Shown here piece after piece: positions 50,501 to 56,500 of a DNA stretch of 64,000 nucleotides; position 1 is the first letter of the stretch, and each line of letters begins with the position of its first letter. The notes under the pieces were generated by a model, which saw nothing but the letters and a program-made list of their open reading frames with translations, had not been told where the DNA came from and made no database searches. The translations under genes and the position numbers were made by a program. The DNA lies in contig CAYWSL010000001.1 of assembly GCA_964460665.1 (NCBI GenBank), positions 24,032 through 88,031 of the forward strand, written 5' to 3'. The stretch is from an uncultured Pirellulaceae bacterium (GTDB taxonomy: Bacteria > Planctomycetota > Planctomycetia > Pirellulales > Pirellulaceae).

Positions 50501-53500
50501 CGTTCGTGTTACCCCGGCTGGTGATCTCACCATCACTAGCAATCGTTTGGTAGAAAATATTGCGAGTCAGCTCAGTAGGGATCTCGAAACCACGGCCGTT
50601 GTTGTCACGTGAGCCAACGATGAAACCAGGGCTGTTTGCTGCGGCAGCAGATTGACCGTCAGACAAAGGGAACGTGACCGCGTGTACGTCTAACTGCGCT
50701 GCATTGTCAGCAACGAGGTCCGTAAACTGTTGGTTGCTCGACTGGAAAACAATGGTGTCGTCACCTTCGTTCGATGCCGCTGCATCAACAGGGCTAATGT
50801 TCAGGAAGTTTCCAACGTTCTGGCTGGTTTCGGCTCCGGTCTCAGGTCCCAGGCTGAAGGAGAACAGCTCCCCATCGCGACGTAGCGCAATGTCGTCGGT
50901 AGGCTGTCCGGACTGCCCAATCACGCGTTCGACTTCGCCTGTGAAAGGATTGACGCTGATCAAACCGCTCTGGTTGGTACCCGTATAGCCCGAGTCCAAA
51001 CTGACAAACAATCGAATGTCATCCAGTGTGTACGGAACGATCGAGTCTTGATCAAAAATCGGTTCGATAATTGGGCGTTCAGCCGTGTAATTGAATTGAT
51101 CGGAAAAGACAACCGTGGGATTTTCTGGATCAAAGTTAGCAATGTCGTGCTCATCCAATGTGTCCTCTGCAATTCGGCGGACCGAGTTGATTGGCACCAC
51201 CCGAACATCGGTGTTGGCGCTTTCTGGATCAAAGAACTGATCCAACGCAGTAGGCACGGTGGCGGCGTTACCAACCACAACGAAATAACTTCCCTCTGGA
51301 AGTTCAACAGGGCCGATAAAAGCGTCTAATACCGCAGCCGATCCACCGGCCAGGTTGGTGCTGTCGACACCTTCAAGCGGACGTCCAACGTCGTCGGCGA
51401 TGTTGGAGTCACGACTGTGAAGGATCAACTGGCCGAATGAGTTGTAAACAGAAATCGACGTGTTGACGCGTCCTAGACCATCTGCATAGTCAATGTCAAA
51501 GGTGACTGGAACGAACCGGTTTTCGCTATCGAAGACATCAGGTTCGATTTGTTGTGTGAAAAGATCAACCTGGTAAACGTCGACGTCCTCTAGGCGGATG
51601 TCAGCGTCGGTAACGTTGATATTGCCGATCTCGCCAGTAACGAGAAGTGATCCACGATCGGATGTCAGTAGGTTACCGATTTGGTCCACGTCAGCGGGGA
51701 CGAAGCCCAGTCGGTTGTTTGCTGATTCTTGCACAAATTCATCGCCACTTTCCGGATTTTCTGGAGTCGGGTCGACGATGGTCGTGAAGTCCAAGCTTTC
51801 CTGAGCGTCAGCGGTCAGCGGCGAATGCAATGGTGCGCCAGTTACATTGATTGCGTTGGTTGCAAAACGAATGTCGGCGAACTGCACGGTGGAACCGGAA
51901 ACTTCATCGGCTTCGCGCAGACGGATGCCCAGTGTGTATTGCCCGGACGTATTCCCATTGGCACTTCGTACACGCACGAAATACAGGTTTTCGCTGTTAT
52001 TGGATCCTGGCAGGATCACTCGGAATCCAGCATCCAATGGGTTCGGTCCCTCTGCGTTGCCAACACCAGTTAGGAACAGCGGGCGAACAACATTGTCCGG
52101 CAGATTGCTGATCAAAGTCGACGGGTCAGAGGATTCGGCAAACGAATTGTCGCTGCTTGCCAGTACATTGTCATTGACATCAACCAGTTCCAAGACTGTA
52201 TCCAGGCCGAAGCTGGTGTCGTCGATATCGAAAAATACTGTTGTGCCACCGGTTGCGGTGAAGCTGTACACGTCAACATCATTTTCGTCTGCCAGCGTTC
52301 CGCGAATGTTGAAACCAAGTCGTTCGGTTTCGTCACCAGCGAATTCGTCTGCCGCTAGGTCACCGATACGCTGCGAATCATCTGCAATCGCATTACGTGC
52401 ATTCGCCGCAGGAATTGCGTCTTCTGTTTCAATTATGTGAGCAACGTTTCGATCATTCGCGAATGCGCCGATCGTGACCCCTTGCCAGTCACCTTGCGTC
52501 CCCTGGTTAGTGTTTCCACCACCGCCAGCCTGGTCGACGATCGATGCAATCAAAGCCTGACCAAAGACAGCAGCTGTCGCTGGCGATGTCCCGATTTGGC
52601 TTAGGTCACCAGCGATTCCGCCAGTCGCTTGTACCAACGGCAGGTAATCAGCCACACCCGACCCGCCGATAACGACACCGCCTGGCTGGGTCGTAAAACC
52701 ACCAGGCCCCGCTGGGTCTTCGATAAACACGTCGGTGCTGTCAATCGCCAACGCTCTGAGACCATTATTGTCTTGAATATTGATACCCAAAATACCTTGC
52801 AGCGCAATATCATTGGCTTGCAAGTTAGCGATCGTGCTGGTCAACGTGAGCGATCGATCCTCATCGTCCCTGTCTTCATCGGTCGCCAAAATGATGAACC
52901 TCGCAGCATCCGCCCTAAACGAATAATTGTCTAGCGCGAAGTCAATTCCGGCAAATCCGTCCTCAATAGCACCCGTTGTGACAAACTGCGAAGTCGCAGT
53001 TGCGTATTCGTCTGCTGTCCCAAACAGTCCGCCGCCAACCAAAATGGATCTACCTAGATTGTCGGCACCACCACCGCCAAATCCGACGGCACCATATCGG
53101 TTGCCACTGACGTTGCCCACGCCTGCCGCCAAAAGCCCGGCTTCTAGATCCTGCACAAACTGTGCAGTGAACGCCTGAGTCGGCCCCAACGAAGCGGATT
53201 CGTCCACCACCAAGACGATATCGACATGGGGAACTGTCGGCGGTGGAACGACCACTTCGACCGAGCAGGCTCCGCCAAGCAAGGTGTCGTTCATCGGGCG
53301 GCCGTCAGGTGTAAACCCAGCGCCAACAGTACAGTCGTTGATGGAAGTTAGAACGACAGGATTACCGGGAGTACCCAGCACCTGAATCGTTCCGCCAACT
53401 CGGTCTTCGATATCCAATGGGACACCGGTACCAATCAATTCCGCCCCTGTGTCGTGTTTGACGACCAAGCTTTGCTCGGGGTCACTCTTTAGACGCAAGC

Positions 53501-56500
53501 CACTGTTCAGGTGGTGTGTCGCGCTAATGACTTGACCGTCCACATAGTGAACGATGTCGGTGTCATCCCAGACGCTTTCGGTCGTCAACACTTCACTACG
53601 TACATGCAGTGCATTGATCGAGTTAAGGTCCAGGCGGTTTCCTGAAATCAGTGGTCCTTGATTGTCCTGGTCGGTGGTGATTTGCGATAGCGAACCGGTC
53701 GACCGTCCCACATCAAGTAGATCGTGAAAATCCAAGGCATTTGGGTTGATGCTGATCGCCGCCCCTTCATTTCCTTGGATGATATTGTCCACGATAATTG
53801 GCTGGCTGCCACGAACGAAAATTGCAGCCTCGTCGTTGAATCCAATGCCATCTCGTGTCGATGTGCTAACAAAACCAGCGCCGTTGTCTTGGATCGTCGA
53901 ATTCGCAATCCGAACATCGGCTTGCAAGATCTCGATGGCGTTAAAGTCGGTGAAGGCACCTTGGGTTGGCGTGGAACCGCCACCAAAGCGAACGGTTGCA
54001 AAGTCCAAGCTGCCGATACTGTCTTGCCTGAAAATCAGACCACCCCAGTCGGCCGGCGCGGCGTTATCAGAAACGCCATCATTATTGGTATCAAAGGTTC
54101 CACCAGCACCAAACGTGTCGTCCAATCGGCTAGTGAATACGACTTCCTGTCCGTCTACACCTTCGGCGTAAAAGTCGGCTCCAAAGCCGGCTTCGATTCG
54201 AGCATTCTGAAGCTTGACAATCGTGCCAGGGTCAATCGACAAACGAGCATTCAGTCGCGGTATCAGGGTATTGCCACCGTTTCCATCTCGTTCCAGAAGG
54301 CCACCGATTTGGTCGCCGTTGTCCAAATACTGTGTCGTCCCAGTATCTTGTTCCACTACCAGCACGTAGTCACCGGTGGCAACATCCAGTCGGTAGATAC
54401 GGATACCCACGTACGACTCGGGTACTGCTGGAAGGTTCGATAATAGAATCGAACCATTCGCTGGGGTCAGGAACGAAGATGACGGATCGCTAGCCAAGCT
54501 TTCGCCGCCGATCGAATCGACGAACGTAAAGCGATAGTTCAGAGCATTTCCAGGGAACAATGTGCCTGGAGCGAAACTGTCGCTTAAGAGGACAGGCGCG
54601 GCATTAGGCGACTGCTCGCTTCGCAAAATTCCGCCGCGCGTCTCGCCCGTATCTTCAAAAGAGGATGAACCACGATCTAGTTGCTGTACGAAAACATAGT
54701 TTCCACTAGCGGCATCAAAGCGGTAAAGGCGACGGCCTGAAAATTCATCCGGTGCTGGAGCCAAGTTGTTCAGCGTGATGCTGCTTCCGCTTACTACGGA
54801 TACCGGTAGTGTCGGCAAACTGGCCAAAGACTCGTTGCCCAGTAGGTCGACGAATGTCAAACGGTAGTCATAAGTGCCAGCTGCCAATGTCCCAGCTGGA
54901 TCGCCAGCAGCATCCAACGCGTCAGCGGTCAACTGCACGCTTAAGACATCTGGTCGTTCCTCTGACAAGATCGGACCACCCGGCTGTCCCTGCAATACAA
55001 GCACTTGGCTTATGGAGTGCACCACATCAGTGTCATCGAAGCGCCCGCTAACGGTTAGCGGCTCCAGTTCTCCAGCTGCAGGTGTATTCACACGAACAAA
55101 AAGCCCGTTGATACTGTTGTTGATCAGTGTGTTACCAGCGATCTCGGGGCCAACGCGATCGTAGTCGCTGGTAAACAACGCCACTCGTTGGAAAACCGGT
55201 GAGTGGAAGTTGGTTTCAAGGAAGCTATTCGGGTCAGCGCTCAAGGCAGCGTCAGCACTGTCTGTGATCGTGTTGTAGATAATTGTTGGACGACTTTCAG
55301 CCACTTGAATCGGTGTCACGATTGGTTCGTTTACCGCAATCGATCCACCGCCGTAGCTGATGTTGGCGTGCGAGACGTAGTCCAAGAAGATGCCTTCTGT
55401 TTCCCAGACAGGGCGTCCTTCAGCATTATCGAAGTCATTTCGGAATTCGATTCCTGCCCATTGGCCGGGGGCTGGCGTTGTTGCCAACGGATTGGTGTCT
55501 ACAGCGACGGCTTCGTTGCTATAGCTGGTGAAGATCACTTCACCTGAACCGACAACCGAACCATTGGCTTCGGAAATCACGGGGCTACCAAGCACCTGTA
55601 GTGATGCCAATGAACGATCCTCGTCAACCGATTCACTACCAACACTGATCTTGGCCTGCTGCAATTTTAGGATTGCCCCGGCGTCAATCATGACCGTGAC
55701 ACCGCGCGGCACCTCAAACTCGGCCCCGTCACTAAGCGGAACATTGGCGCTACCACCGATACCAATTTCGTATGCAAGGTTGTCGTCGGTTGTCGTGATC
55801 AGCCCGTCCGCTCCGCCATTGGGCAGCAATCGCACCAAGTCACCTGGTCGGGCAATGGCGAAGGCTGCTGAAATCGTTTGCAGCGGCGTACCCAAGGCAC
55901 CATCGTTGTTCACGTCGTCGCCCAGCTTGTCGACAAAAATCGTCCTAGGCTCATCAGTCCCAGCAGTGGACAAGTCTCGTGCAACACGGAACCAAAAGTT
56001 GAAATCGCCGCCTTCGCGACCATCGGCATCACCGTCCAATCTGGTGCCAGTTGTATCGGTAATCGTTCCGCCTGCGGTCGAAGTGAATGTCACACGCAAT
56101 TCGTAGCGACCTTCTGAAACGCCACCTAAGCCCGACCCAGAGACTTCACCACTGTAGTTCTCGTTGCCTGTCGAACTAATTCCGATGATATAACTGCCCA
56201 GTTCAACGTCGATTCCAACAAACGAATCGTCACTGTAGAAGTCGTCGTTTCGCGCGATCAAGATGTATTCGCCATCCGCGTCTCGCTGGTAAACATTTAT
56301 ATGCGTGTCCAGCAAGCTACTTCCATCGAGTCGCTCAGCAAACGTCTCGACCGACAAACGACCGGCTGACGCAGCAGTGAAAGAGTAGAAGTCGACGTCG
56401 TTGCTCTCGGGTCGATGCAATGCTTGGCCAAGCGTTACGTCACTTTGACTTAAGAACGATGGCTCAACAGGCAGATCGGGATAGAACTGCTCGCTAAACG

